From Malacoraja senta (lineage: Eukaryota), in assembly GCA_038087875.1 (NCBI GenBank), contig CM075991.1, forward strand, positions 1,922,001-1,986,000: a stretch of 64,000 nucleotides of DNA, read 5' to 3'. Position 1 is the first letter of the stretch. Each line of letters begins with the position of its first letter. The notes under the pieces are model-generated. The model worked only from the letters and a program-made list of their open reading frames with translations. It did not search any database and had not been told where the DNA came from. The position numbers and the translations under genes are program-made. Positions 48,295 to 59,645 of the stretch are shown here, piece after piece.

Positions 48295-51200
48295 TCAGTC
48301 CTCTTCTGAGTCCGGGGACAAGGTAAGAGAGTTAACCAGTTCAAAGAAAGGGTTCCATGTATCTAGGAATGTCTTGGTAGAGCCTTTGAGAGAGAACCTA
48401 AGTTTTTCAAGTTTCAGATTGTCAATCACCTCCTTAATCCAACGGGCGTGTGTCGGGGGACAGGTGAGCCTCCAACTAAGCAAGATCAGTCTCCGGGCTA
48501 ACAAGGTTGTAAAAGCTAGGACCCGTTTCACCGCAACAGAGAGGTTGGTATTGGGAGGGGTACCGAAAATGGCTGACATTGGATTTGGAAGAATAGTCTG
48601 GTCATAAGCTCTGCTTATCAATTCAAAAGCACTCCTCGAAAAGGCTGCTAGCTTAGGGCAAGACCAAAACATGTGGCTATGGTTGTCAGGAGATTGACTA
48701 CATCTGTTACAGGTATCATTGACAGCTGGGTACATTCTAGCTAATCTTGCATTTGTATAGTGGACTTTGTAAAGGACTTTGCATTGGATTAGGCCATGAC
48801 GAGCGCATATGGAAGAAGAGTGGATCAAATCCAAGGCAGAGTCCCATTGCTGGTCTGTTAATTGCGTATTCAGCTCTCCCTCCCACGCAGCTTTTAATGA
48901 GGTATGAGGTTTCAATAAAACCGACCCTAGCAAATTATACAAAATAGAGATGCATTTCTTCCGATTGGGGTCTAAAGCTAAGATGATATCAGTCAGGGTT
49001 TCAGGAGGGCGATTTGGGAAGTAGGGAAATGTCTTCTTCACAAAATCCCTAATCTGGAAAAAACGAAAAAGGTGGGAGTTTGGGAGGTTGTAGTTAGACG
49101 AGAGCTCCGCGAAAGATGAGAAGATACCATCCTTATATAGGTTTTTAATACTACTGATGCCATTACTATGCCAGGTTTTAAATGCGTGGTCTATACTTGA
49201 AGGTTTAAAAATGTGATTTTTAAGCAGTGGGGTCAAGATGGAAGGACCCTGTAAACCGAGGTTTTTCCTAAATTGACTCCATATCTTGAGCGAAATGGAC
49301 ACAATTGGGCCTGCACCCACAGATGTTATAGAAAGGGGGAGTTGGGAGCATAGGACAGACCGCAATGGGAGACGTGAACTTGCCTTTTCCATATATACCC
49401 AGATCGGTGGGTGCTCGCAATGATCATTCACCCAATACAGGATTTTTGCAAGTTAGCTGCCCAGTAGTATCGCCTAAAATTAGGGAGGGCCAAACCGCCA
49501 TCACTCTTAGGCGACTGCAGTATCGCCTTTCGGATTCTGACCGGTTTGCTACCCCATAAGAATTTAGATATTGTCCTTTCTAATTTGTCAAAAAAAGATT
49601 TGGTGATAAGTATGGGGACATGCTGGAAAAGATACAGGAATTTGGGTAGGACAACCATCTTAACCAGATTTATCCGGCCCACGAGGGATAGCGGTAAGAC
49701 TGACCAGCGATCAAAATCTTTTTCGGCTTTCTCAACCAGAGGCAAAAAGTTTGTGCGGAACATATCAGATAAGGGTATTGTGATAAAAACGCCGAGATAG
49801 CGAAACCCATCCTCTGCCCTTTTGAATGAGGTTAAAGAGCGAGGGAGCTGCTTAGCCGGTAAGTTAATCGGTAGTAGCTCACTCTTTTGGTAGTTAAGTT
49901 TATAACCAGAGTATGCACCAAACCGTTCTAAAATATTCATAATCACAGGGAGAGAACTGACTGGGTTCAGGATGTACAGGAGCAGGTCATCCGCATACAA
50001 TGAGACTTTATGAGTTGTGTCAAACCGTGTAATACCTTCAAAGCCCTTCTCTGCGTGTAACCAGACCGCCAGGGGTTCTATCGCGACATCAAACAAGAGT
50101 GGAGATAACGGGCAACCCTGTCTGGTACCTCTCTGAAGTGTGAAGTGGGGTGACAGTATGTCGTTTGTTTGTACTGAGGCCACCGGGGACGAATATAATA
50201 GGCTCACCCAGAGAATAAAACTGTTACCGAGGCCAAACCTATCCATCGCTTCATATAGGTACCTCCACTCGACCCTGTCGAAGGACTTTTCGGCATCGAG
50301 GGAGACCACCATCTCCGGGGTCTCATTACTCGAAGAGTGAATGATGTTAAGGAGACGCCTAGTATTATGGGAAGACTGTCGGCCAGGTATAAACCCTGTT
50401 TGATCCAACGAGATAATAGAGGGCATCACTCGCTGAAGACGAAGCGCAAGGGCTTTAGAAAGGATTTTGAGGTCCACATTCAGGAGTGAGATTGGTCTAT
50501 AGCTACCACAAAGCAGGGGATCTTTCTCCTTTTTAAGAATTAGGGAGATGGTAGCCCTCAACAAGGTGGGCGGTAGGTGACGATGTAAAAACACTTCATT
50601 GTACATATCTCTCAGGGCTGATGCGAGGAGGTCAGAGAAAGCTTTGTAATATTCTACAGAGAAGCCGTCAGGGCCGGGTGACTTTCCGCTTTGCAGCGAT
50701 GTGATGGCTGCTTGGACCTCAGCTACAGTTATGGGACCACCCAAGTCTCTCATGGCTTCTTCGTCAATTCGAGGAAGCGTCATACTACTGAACATGTCAC
50801 CTGCAGTGGGGGGACAGTCGGAAGTGTATAGTTCAGTGCAGAATTTAGCAAATGCTTCATTAATTCTGAGAGGATCAGTATGAGTCTCCCCTGAGCTGGA
50901 TCTAATGGCTGGAATTAGCCGTGAAGTCGCCTCTGTTCTGGCCTGATGGGCCAAAAGCTTTCCAGCTTTATCCCCAGATTCAAAAAAGTGTTGCCTAGAT
51001 TTAAGCAGTCGTAGTTTGGCTTTATTAATGGATATGAGGTCAAAGTCTGTTTGTAGCCTAAGGCGTTCTCTATAGAGATTAGGGTTTGGGTCAGATGCAT
51101 ATTTGTCATCAATGTCCTTTATTTTTTGTAACAGATCTGCCGTTTGGAACGTCTCGGTTCTTTTCAGGTTGGAGATAAAGGAAATGAGTTGGCCCCTAAT

Positions 51201-52085
51201 ATAGGCTTTTGAAGCTTCCCAGAGTATACCTCTTTCTATGTCCGGCGAGTCATTCAGCTCAAAATATAGGGTGATTTGGGAGTGCAAGAATTGCATGTAG
51301 TGAGCCTCTGCTAATAATGAGGAGTTGAACCTCCACTTAAAGGGGTTAGTTCGTTTACGAAAATGAAGATCAAGGGAGGTCGCAGCATGATCTGATATTA
51401 CGATGCTATGGTACTCACTGGATTTGATTTTGGAAAGCAATCTATTATCTAAGAGAAAGAAGTCTATACGGGTAAACGTACGATGTACGTGGGAGAAAAA
51501 TGAAAATAATTTAGTCGTGGGGAATATAAATCTCCATGGATCTGTGAGCCCCAGTTGTTTGGCAAGAACATGCAGAGTCTTACCGGATTTAATTAAAGTA
51601 GAGGCTTTATTCGAAGATCTATCCAGTATAGGATCTTGGACCAGGTTAAAATCTCCACCCACAATGACATGGTAATTTTCAATATTTGGGAGAGATGTAA
51701 AAAATTTAGTTATAAATGAGCTGTCATCCCAGTTGGGTCCATAAATGCTTGCCAATATGACAGGTGTGTCTTGCAATTTGCCTGACACCATGACAAAGCG
51801 ACCAGCAGGGTCTTCCACAGTTTTCTGTGGTTCGAACTTAATGTTCTTACGAATCAGGATAGCGGTGCCCCTAGCCCTATTATTAAATTTCGAGTGAAAT
51901 AGTTGACTAATCCAGCCTCTCTTAAGCCGTGTTACCTCTCTGTTGCGAAGGTGGGTCTCTTGGATAAAGAATATATCGCCTTTGAGCTGTTGCAAATGGG
52001 CCAAGATCCTATCAGTTTTGGTAGGACTTCCCAACCCTCTCACGTTCCACGAGACAAATCTAAGAGTATCGTTTGTGTTGGCCAT
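48295..52085 (-). CDS. L1 ORF2p (APE, RT, CCHC), single frameshift near 49430
   Basis: SWNVRG, GGDFN, SDH, QGCPLSP, LYADD, CNRC...HMFWSC; 885 aa + 378 aa ORFs. Confidence 0.9.
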
Positions 52086-52182
52086 TTTTAGCTATATGGG
52101 TAATGCGCTGTAGTTCTGCAAGGACGGAAGAGCACATCGAAGCCAGCTGCCGAGAGTGGGGATGTGGAGGGGGAGGAGGGGG

Positions 52183-52184
<2 letters not shown>

Positions 52185-52243
<59 letters not shown>
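52185..52243. repeat. (TA)n microsatellite
   Basis: Seen directly. Confidence 0.98.
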
Positions 52244-52247
<4 letters not shown>

Positions 52248-55200
52248 AAGTAAAATAAAACAAAACCAACAAAAAAACTAAAAAACAAGAACAAAAACAT
52301 ACACACACGGCAAACAAGTGGAACACATATCATTTAACCATCTTTCAAACCTGAGTCTCCAGACCTGAGATCCCCCATGTCTCAACTGAACCTTAAGTGC
52401 CCATTGCACCAAGGTGCGTTGTCCTCGCTTCCGCATGGAGATATCCGATCTTAACTCCCTATATCACAGCTTCCCAAAGCGACGGAGTCACTCAGTGTCG
52501 ATAAGGTAACATGAAATAAAATAAGTATAGTAATAGTAATAATGACGATGATGATAATAATTTGAAAAACAGAGAGTAGGAATAAAGTAAGATAAACATA
52601 CATTGATAAATGCAAAGTTAAAATAATAACCATAGTGGTTGCACTGCCAGTACCATTGCTAACACTAATAGTAATAATAGCAATGATGATAGTCACAATA
52701 AGACAAAGCATATTAACAAAATGGTGATACTAAATAGACCGGCTAACGTGTAAGTGGAGCCAGAATAACTTCCTTTGGTGTTACATAGTATGTCTTAAAA
52801 TCGACAAAGTATAAAGAGAGAGTTGGCGTTGGAGAAGTTAGCAAATTACAAACTGGGCTGTTGGATTAAAGCGCAACGCTAAAGGCATCAATTATGTTTT
52901 GTTAAACAAAAAAGGTATAAGATAAGATTTGTATAACACCGCCCTGGCTGTAATGAGCTCTTATCAGCACCAGACAGTTCGTTATGAAGGTTAGTATAAG
53001 CAAACTAGCCAGGTGCTGACAGCGTTAGCAGGCAGCTGCTAAGAACAGGAAGGCAGAGACCAAATCACAAACCACAAAGTGGGTCCCTTAAGCCCAGCTT
53101 TATAGCATATGCTGGTGAGGGACCCCTCAAACACGATTACACGTAGACAATATAAGAAAAAGTTGATATAAAATATTCACAAATCCTGGTGATTTCTTAC
53201 CAGCCTCATACATTTCAAAACCGGGGTCTAGCATAATCAGCAATGCTGAACGCTAACCATAGCTAGTTATTAGGAACAGTCAAGCTAAAGTTAGTCCATG
53301 TAATCATAGGTTAACCGGGCCCCTGTGCCACTCGAATATAGACGTACTGAACGAAGTCAGTCATCTGTGGGTCCCGGTCTGCGTCGACGGTAAGATGAGA
53401 TGAAATCCTGAGCGTTCTCGGGAGATGTTAGTCGTCGCCTCTTTCCCTTCCCGGACATTATGAACAGCTTGGCTGGATAATGAAGGGAGGGTTTGAAACC
53501 CAGGTTATACAGCTCCTTCATAACGTCTCGGTACGCGAAGCGTTGTTCAACTATCTCGGGACAGTAGTCTTCGAAAATGTGGAACGGGGTATCTTTGTAT
53601 TTCAGCTTACCCCTCTACCTCCGAGCCTCACGTACCACCAATTCACGGTGAACCAACTCACGGGCTGTGCAGGGCCAGCAAGGTCCAGCCGCCGAATCTT
53701 CTGTTCGGAGAAGATCTGCCAAAACAGGTTAAAGACCTGGATGAAAAAGCAAAAGCTGTCGGACTGATAAAGGCACCATTGACAAGCAAAGCTTCACCAT
53801 TTCGGCGGCAGCACCCCTACGCTTCCATCAGCAGTAAGCGGTTCGCAGAAGCTGGTGGCAGCTCGAAGGCTGAATCCTCTGGGCAGAAGTCTTTTTTAGG
53901 CCCAGGCCAGCCCTCGTGGAAGATGCGCAACCCGCGCACTCCAGCAACCCTACCCCCCAAAAATAAAAATAACCTTATTTGGGGCTGGTGTATCATCACG
54001 TAAAATCAATGACAACACAGAATGGATGATGGATCACAAAGTATTTAATGACATTGTGGCTCGATATGGAACACCGAATATCAAATTGTTTGCATCTAGG
54101 CTCAATCAGCAGTTGCAAACATATGTGGCATGGCAGCCAGACCCAGGGGCAGTAGCGATAGATGCATTCTCACTACACTGGGTAGGAATGTTCTTTTGTG
54201 CCTTTCCTCCATTTTGCCTCATCAGTCGGGTCTTGCACAAAATCCAGCAAGATTCCGCTTCAGGCATTTTTGTAGTGCCTGACTGGCCTATGCGGCCATG
54301 GTTCCCGCTGATGTTGGGAATGATAATAGAACCTTATATGGTTATTTCCAAACACAAAAATTGTTGGTTCATCCCGTGACTCGGGAAGCCATCCTCTGCA
54401 TGGGGCTCGGGTTGTCAGACCAAACCATGGACGTGCTCACTGCATCTTGCAGGGATAGCACCAAAAAAGCAGTACATTTCCTCATCAGGAGATGGGAAGT
54501 TTTTTGTTTAAATGCTAATATAACATATAATAAGGCACGGATAACTGACATCTTGGAGTTCATTTTCAAATGAGTCTTTGACAAAAAATTAAGTTATAGT
54601 GCCATTAACTATGCCAAACGTGCCTTCTCATCATTTTTTGTGGCATAACGAGCATAGCCTTCTCATCATATTTGCTGCAGGGATCGGGACCCACTCTGTT
54701 GGGTTTCACCCTCTGATATCCAGATTTATGAAGGATATCTTTAACACAAATTCACCCAGGCCCAGGTACACGGAAGTATGGGATATTAACGTTGTGTTAG
54801 CACTACTTTGCCGGTGGGCTCCAGCTACATCCTTATCTTTGGCCCGGCACTCATATAAGGTAGTTATGCTCATGGCCCTGGTTCAGCACAACGCGTCCAG
54901 TCGTTGCATAAGCCACGGCTGAACATAATGGTTATATCTACCAACAAATAATGTTCTATGTAAATGAGTTATTAAACTAAGCAGGCTGGGGGTGTTGGGT
55001 CTAAAGCTGGAATTCTGGCATATCCTATGGACCATAGATTGTGTTTTGTCACACATATTCATCAACATTTTAAGGATACAAAGTACCTTAGAGGCACTGA
55101 GCTGGCTATGTTCGTTAGCCACAATAAAACACACAAGAGGGTTTCAGTGCAGACCATCTCCAGATGGTTGAGATTTGTATTGGCTTGTGCAGGAGTGAAC

Positions 55201-56489
55201 ACTGATGTTTTTAAAATCTCACTCCAACAGGGCTGCGATAACATCAGCAGCAAGGTTCATGGAGGTTCTGCTGGACCGCACCCTAGCGATAGTAGGATGG
55301 TCAAATGAGCGGACTTTCCAAACCTTTTATAATAAACCAATTGCCAGGCAGGGTTCATTTGCCAACTCAAGTTTAAGTTCTATTCAATAATTTGCTTATT
55401 ATTTGCTTATTATTAGCATCAATTTCAAATCTATGTCATTTCTGAATGCATTGTTACTTTTTCACTCATCTCTGGTCAACTGATGCAGTGTGTTGCATGG
55501 ACTCGTGTTGATGGCATGAAATCACAGAGCTTTGAAATCTTCACGGTCACTCACGTGACTCCGAAGTAAAATAGGAAGATTAAACACGAACTTACCAGTT
55601 TGAAGTTTGAACTTTATTTTATGAAGAGCTACGATGAGGGATTACGTGCCCTCCGCTCCCAACCCTCTTCTCATAAAGATCAGCTGGTAGTTTCTAGTTT
55701 CTCGAATCTTCGTATATTCAGTTCAACAACAGTTATCTGTGATTTCACACCGCTGCTTTGAAGGTTGACGCGCATGCGGGCTGGTGGGCTTCTTCGCGTA
55801 ATCCCTCATCGTAACTACTCATAAAATAAAGATCAAACTTCAAACTGGTAAGTTCTCATTTAATCTTCCTATTTATCCATATTATACTGCATCTGCCATG
55901 CATTTGCCCACTCACCCAACCTTTCCAAGTCATCTTGCAGCCTCCTAGCATCCTCCTCACAGCTAATACTGCCCCCCAGCTTCTTGTCATCCGCAAACTT
56001 GGAGATGTTGCATTCAATCCCCTCGTCCAAATCATTAATATATATTGTAAATAGCTGGGGTCCCAGCACTGAGCCTTGCGGTACCCAACTAGTCACTGCC
56101 TGCCATTCTGAAAAGGACCCTTTTACTCCTACTCTTTGCTTCCTGTCTGCCAGCCAGTTCTCTATCCACATCAATACTGAACCCCCAATACCGTGTGCTT
56201 TAAGTTTGCATACTAATCTCTTGTGTGGGACAAGTGACTACATAAAGGTATTCCCATGCCAAGATAGAACAGCTAGAATTGTGATAAGGAGTCAAAGAAA
56301 TAATATTTAGGTGGGGATCCTTCTTCAGATAGACTCTGACCAGGGAACACATTCACAGCGAAGGTGATTAAGGAGGCTTCTGCCTTGTAAGTAGTTAAAG
56401 AGTTATTTTACATTTGCAAACCACCCGCAGAGATTTGGATTAGTGGAGTAAAGAGTTTAAGTAAAGCCTTGCCGAGACAGGACAGGAAG

Positions 56490-57383
56490 GTCGGTGGGGG
56501 CGCTGCAAGCCGGGAGCCCTGCCTGCAGCGTGTTAGTTTTTTCAACTTTTTAAATTTTATTAGTGTGTTTTAATGTGTGTTTTTAATGTCTCTCTGTGTG
56601 TCTTGTGTGGGGGGTAGGGGGGAAACCGCTTCGGTTGCCTCCTCCACGGAGAGGCGACTTTTTTCATGTCGCCTCCCCCGTGGCCTGACATCGAGGATCG
56701 GGCGGTCTCTCCTGGAGAAGCACCCAGGGCTTCAGCGGCAGGCGCAGTGCGGATTCACGCCGGGAGTCGCCGGAGGGGAGCGCTCCGTTCACTGGCCCAC
56801 GCCAGCCTGAAGCCGCGGTCTGTGGAGCTCCAGCTGGTGCGGCGTCCGCAGCCTGCGATCCCTCGTTGGAGACCCAGGAGGAGAATAAGCTCCGACCGCC
56901 GGCCCGCGGCCTACTTCTACCGCGGGCGCGGTGGGGACTTACCATCAGGAGTGGGGTCCCTCGCCGGGGACCACAGGAGAGAAGCTCTGACCGCCGGCCC
57001 TGCCGACTGCGGTGCTTTTAGCTGCGGTGCGGCGGGAACTATAAATCTTCAACCGCCGGCCTGCGGCCTACACCAACCTGAAGCCGCTGTCTCCGGTGGG
57101 GAAGCACGATTCAGGATTTACCTGGACTATATCTGGACTTTGCCTTGTCTGAACTTCTGGAAGCCCGCAGCGGCGGCTGCGGAGGGTTGAGTCCCGACCA
57201 CGGGTGAAAATTGAGGAGGTCTGGCCAAATTTTATGGCTCCCACCACAGTGTGGTGGATGTTTGTGTTAAAAAAATTTATTGTGTTTTTGAGTGTTCTTT
57301 TTCATTGTACCGCTGCTGGCAAATTCATTTCACTTGCTCTTTATGTGCAAGTGACGAATAAAACTGATATTGATTGATTGATT
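56490..57383 (+). mobile_element. GC-rich non-coding retroelement, copy C (Rex1-like tail)
   Basis: GGGCGC...GCCTGCAG, U tract, hairpins, GTGACGAATAAA...(ATTG)n. Confidence 0.7.
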
Positions 57384-58602
57384 GTTAAGATATTTCCAGC
57401 CATTTTTATGGTTCAGAACAACCCCAGCTATAGAGACAGGGTTAACACCTTTTAAATTGATAACAGGATAAGATATGAACCTACCAGAAGATGGCCCTCT
57501 TTAAAATGAGGGTGACCCCACGCTACGTACCCCCTGGGGTGCGACTAGAGCGAAACTTGCAATCCTTGGACTAACCACCGAACAGTCTATGCCTGGGATA
57601 AGCAAAGTACAGATCGACAGTTGACCGGACTGATGTACATAGATCACTGCTCCTCTGAAGATAAGATAACAGTCACTGAAACGGCTGTCAACGTTTGGTT
57701 CTTGTAAATACTCCTCGGCAGTAGTTTTTTTTTTCACTTTAGTCTTTATTGCTTTTATGCATACACAAATAAAACACAAATATAACAACAAAACATACAA
57801 CAATGCAGTGAAACGTACAACAGTGCAGCGTGGGGTTCAGTTTACAATTAATGATGCAGTATTCAGAACTATTTTCTTATTAAAACATTTTCCAATAACT
57901 TACATTATTGTCAATAAAATTATACAGTGTTGATGTCTTTATTTATACCTAATCCATTTTCCCCATTTTCTGTTAAACTCGTCTTCTTTCACTCTTAGAG
58001 AATATGTCATTTCTCCATGACAAATATTTCCTGTACTATGTCTAGCCATTGTCTAGGTCTGGGTGTGTCCGCTGCAGTTTCTTGTATTGGCCCTTCTGCC
58101 AGCTGTGAGTAGAATTTTAACCAAGTAATGATCTTCCTTCAGCACCACTGTATTTATATTACCCAGGTATAAAATGGAACACTTCTTGGAGACTATATAT
58201 CCTAATATCTCATTTAATTCTGAATTCACTCTGTCCCAAAATGGTTCTATTTTTGGGCAACTCCAGAAGATATGTGCATGATTTGCGCACGACCGCAGTG
58301 CCACAGGTGCCACAGGTGCGGCCCAGGGTTGTCGCCGAGGGAGGAAGGACGGAGCCGCGGCTCGAGAGGCTAACAGGGGCTAAGAGGTAGGCCACGCACT
58401 GCAAGGGAGCAGTGGACCAGACAGTGGACCAGACAGAAAGAGCGGACGGAATTACCACTAGACAGCCAAACCAGTAGGTAATTTACGGCTGGGGTAAGTA
58501 CTTTCCCATTTATAGGAGGTAGGATTATATAAATAAGGGGTGTTTTAATACAGTAATCCGGGTAGGGGATTCTTAATAGGACCAGTTAATTACTTATATA
58601 AG

Positions 58603-59556
58603 ATGGGCGGCCAGGAGATGTGCCAATACTGTGAGATGTGGGAAATTGTCGACACCATTGATGTAGATGATCCCTACAGCTGCAGTAAGTGTTTGAAGCT
58701 AGCGGAACTCGAGCTCCGCATTGATGAGCTGGAGACCCAACTTCATACGCTGCGGTGCATCAGGGAGGGGGAGTATTACCTGGATGTTTTGTGCCAGGGG
58801 ATGGTCACACCGACCAGTTTAACTAATTCAGTAGTTAGTGAGCAGGGAAAGGAAGGTGTGGCCATAAGCGAGGCAGGTAGGGGGAACCAGGAGGAGATGC
58901 AGCAGGAGCCACAGCCCTTGTCCCTGACGAGCATGACCGAGGCTCTTACTCAATGTGAGGACGGGATCAGGGGCTGTGGGAGGGATGAGCAACCTGGCTG
59001 CAGCACCGTGGATCAGGGGGCCATTCAAGAGGGGGGAGTTAGAAGAAATGCCGTGGTGATAGGGGATAGTATTATTCGGGGGGTAGATAAGGTTCTCTGC
59101 GGCCAGCAGAACATGTCCCGAAGGCTGTGTTGCCTACCCGGTGCTAGGGTTAAGGATATCTCTGCGATGCTGGAGAGAAATTTGCAGAGTGAGGGGGAGG
59201 ATCCAGTGGTCGTGGTCCATGTGGGGACCAATGACATAGGAAGGACGAGGAAGGAGGATCTGCTGAACGAGTTTGAGCAGTTAGGGAATAAATTAAAAAG
59301 CAGAACCTCGAGGGTACTGATCTCCGGATTGCTACCTGAGCCACGGGCCAAATCGGCGAGGGTACGAAAAATTAAAAAGCTGAATGCGTGGCTCAAAGAC
59401 TGGTGTGGGAAAAATGGGTTTGGTTTCTTGGGCCACTGGCACCAGTACTGGGACAGGGGGGATCTGTTCTGTAAGGACGGACTTCACCTGAACGGTGCTG
59501 GGACTGGGGTCCTGGCAAATCATATAACTAGGGCAGGAGAGAGGTCTTTAAACTAA
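58603..59556 (+). CDS. CR1 ORF1p: zinc finger/leucine zipper plus SGNH esterase-like domain
   Basis: CQYC...CSKC, heptad leucines, GDS, GTND, DGLH. Confidence 0.92.
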   Translation: MGGQEMCQYCEMWEIVDTIDVDDPYSCSKCLKLAELELRIDELETQLHTLRCIREGEYYLDVLCQGMVTPTSLTNSVVSEQGKEGVAISEAGRGNQEEMQQEPQPLSLTSMTEALTQCEDGIRGCGRDEQPGCSTVDQGAIQEGGVRRNAVVIGDSIIRGVDKVLCGQQNMSRRLCCLPGARVKDISAMLERNLQSEGEDPVVVVHVGTNDIGRTRKEDLLNEFEQLGNKLKSRTSRVLISGLLPEPRAKSARVRKIKKLNAWLKDWCGKNGFGFLGHWHQYWDRGDLFCKDGLHLNGAGTGVLANHITRAGERSLN

Positions 59557-59645
59557 GTAGCGGGGGGGAGGTATCAAGGGGGGTAATAACGGCAGGGGTA
59601 GAGGAAATAGAGCAGGGTATCAGTGGGGAAACGGAAAATCAAAAT

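Larger units (their letters stand above)
48091..53650 (-). mobile_element. L1-clade LINE: ORF1 3' part, long spacer, ORF2, 3' UTR without a poly(A) tail
   Basis: ORF1 C-terminus (HIFEDYCPE...LHYPAKL) at 53357-53650; ORF2 at 52085-48295. Confidence 0.92.
47320..55871 (+). mobile_element. DIRS1-like element with both termini, RT/RNase H largely deleted, containing an L1
   Basis: Left end TTTTACTTCGGAGTCAC; ICR 55538-55645; right end TTTAATCTTCCTA; methyltransferase-like (LFASRLN, AFPPF) and recombinase remnants at 54000-55390. Confidence 0.92.
46505..56230 (-). mobile_element. CR1 3' part split by a DIRS insertion (46505-47319 and 55872-56230)
   Basis: VPQGSVLGP...FADD...QMQYNMDK joins YEVIHFG...KAGTGY* across the insertion; (TTTCTATG)n tail. 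Confidence 0.92.

Noticed and set aside
52060..52711. Hydrophobic low-complexity ORFs
   Set aside because: Translations of (TA)n and the AT-rich L1 spacer.
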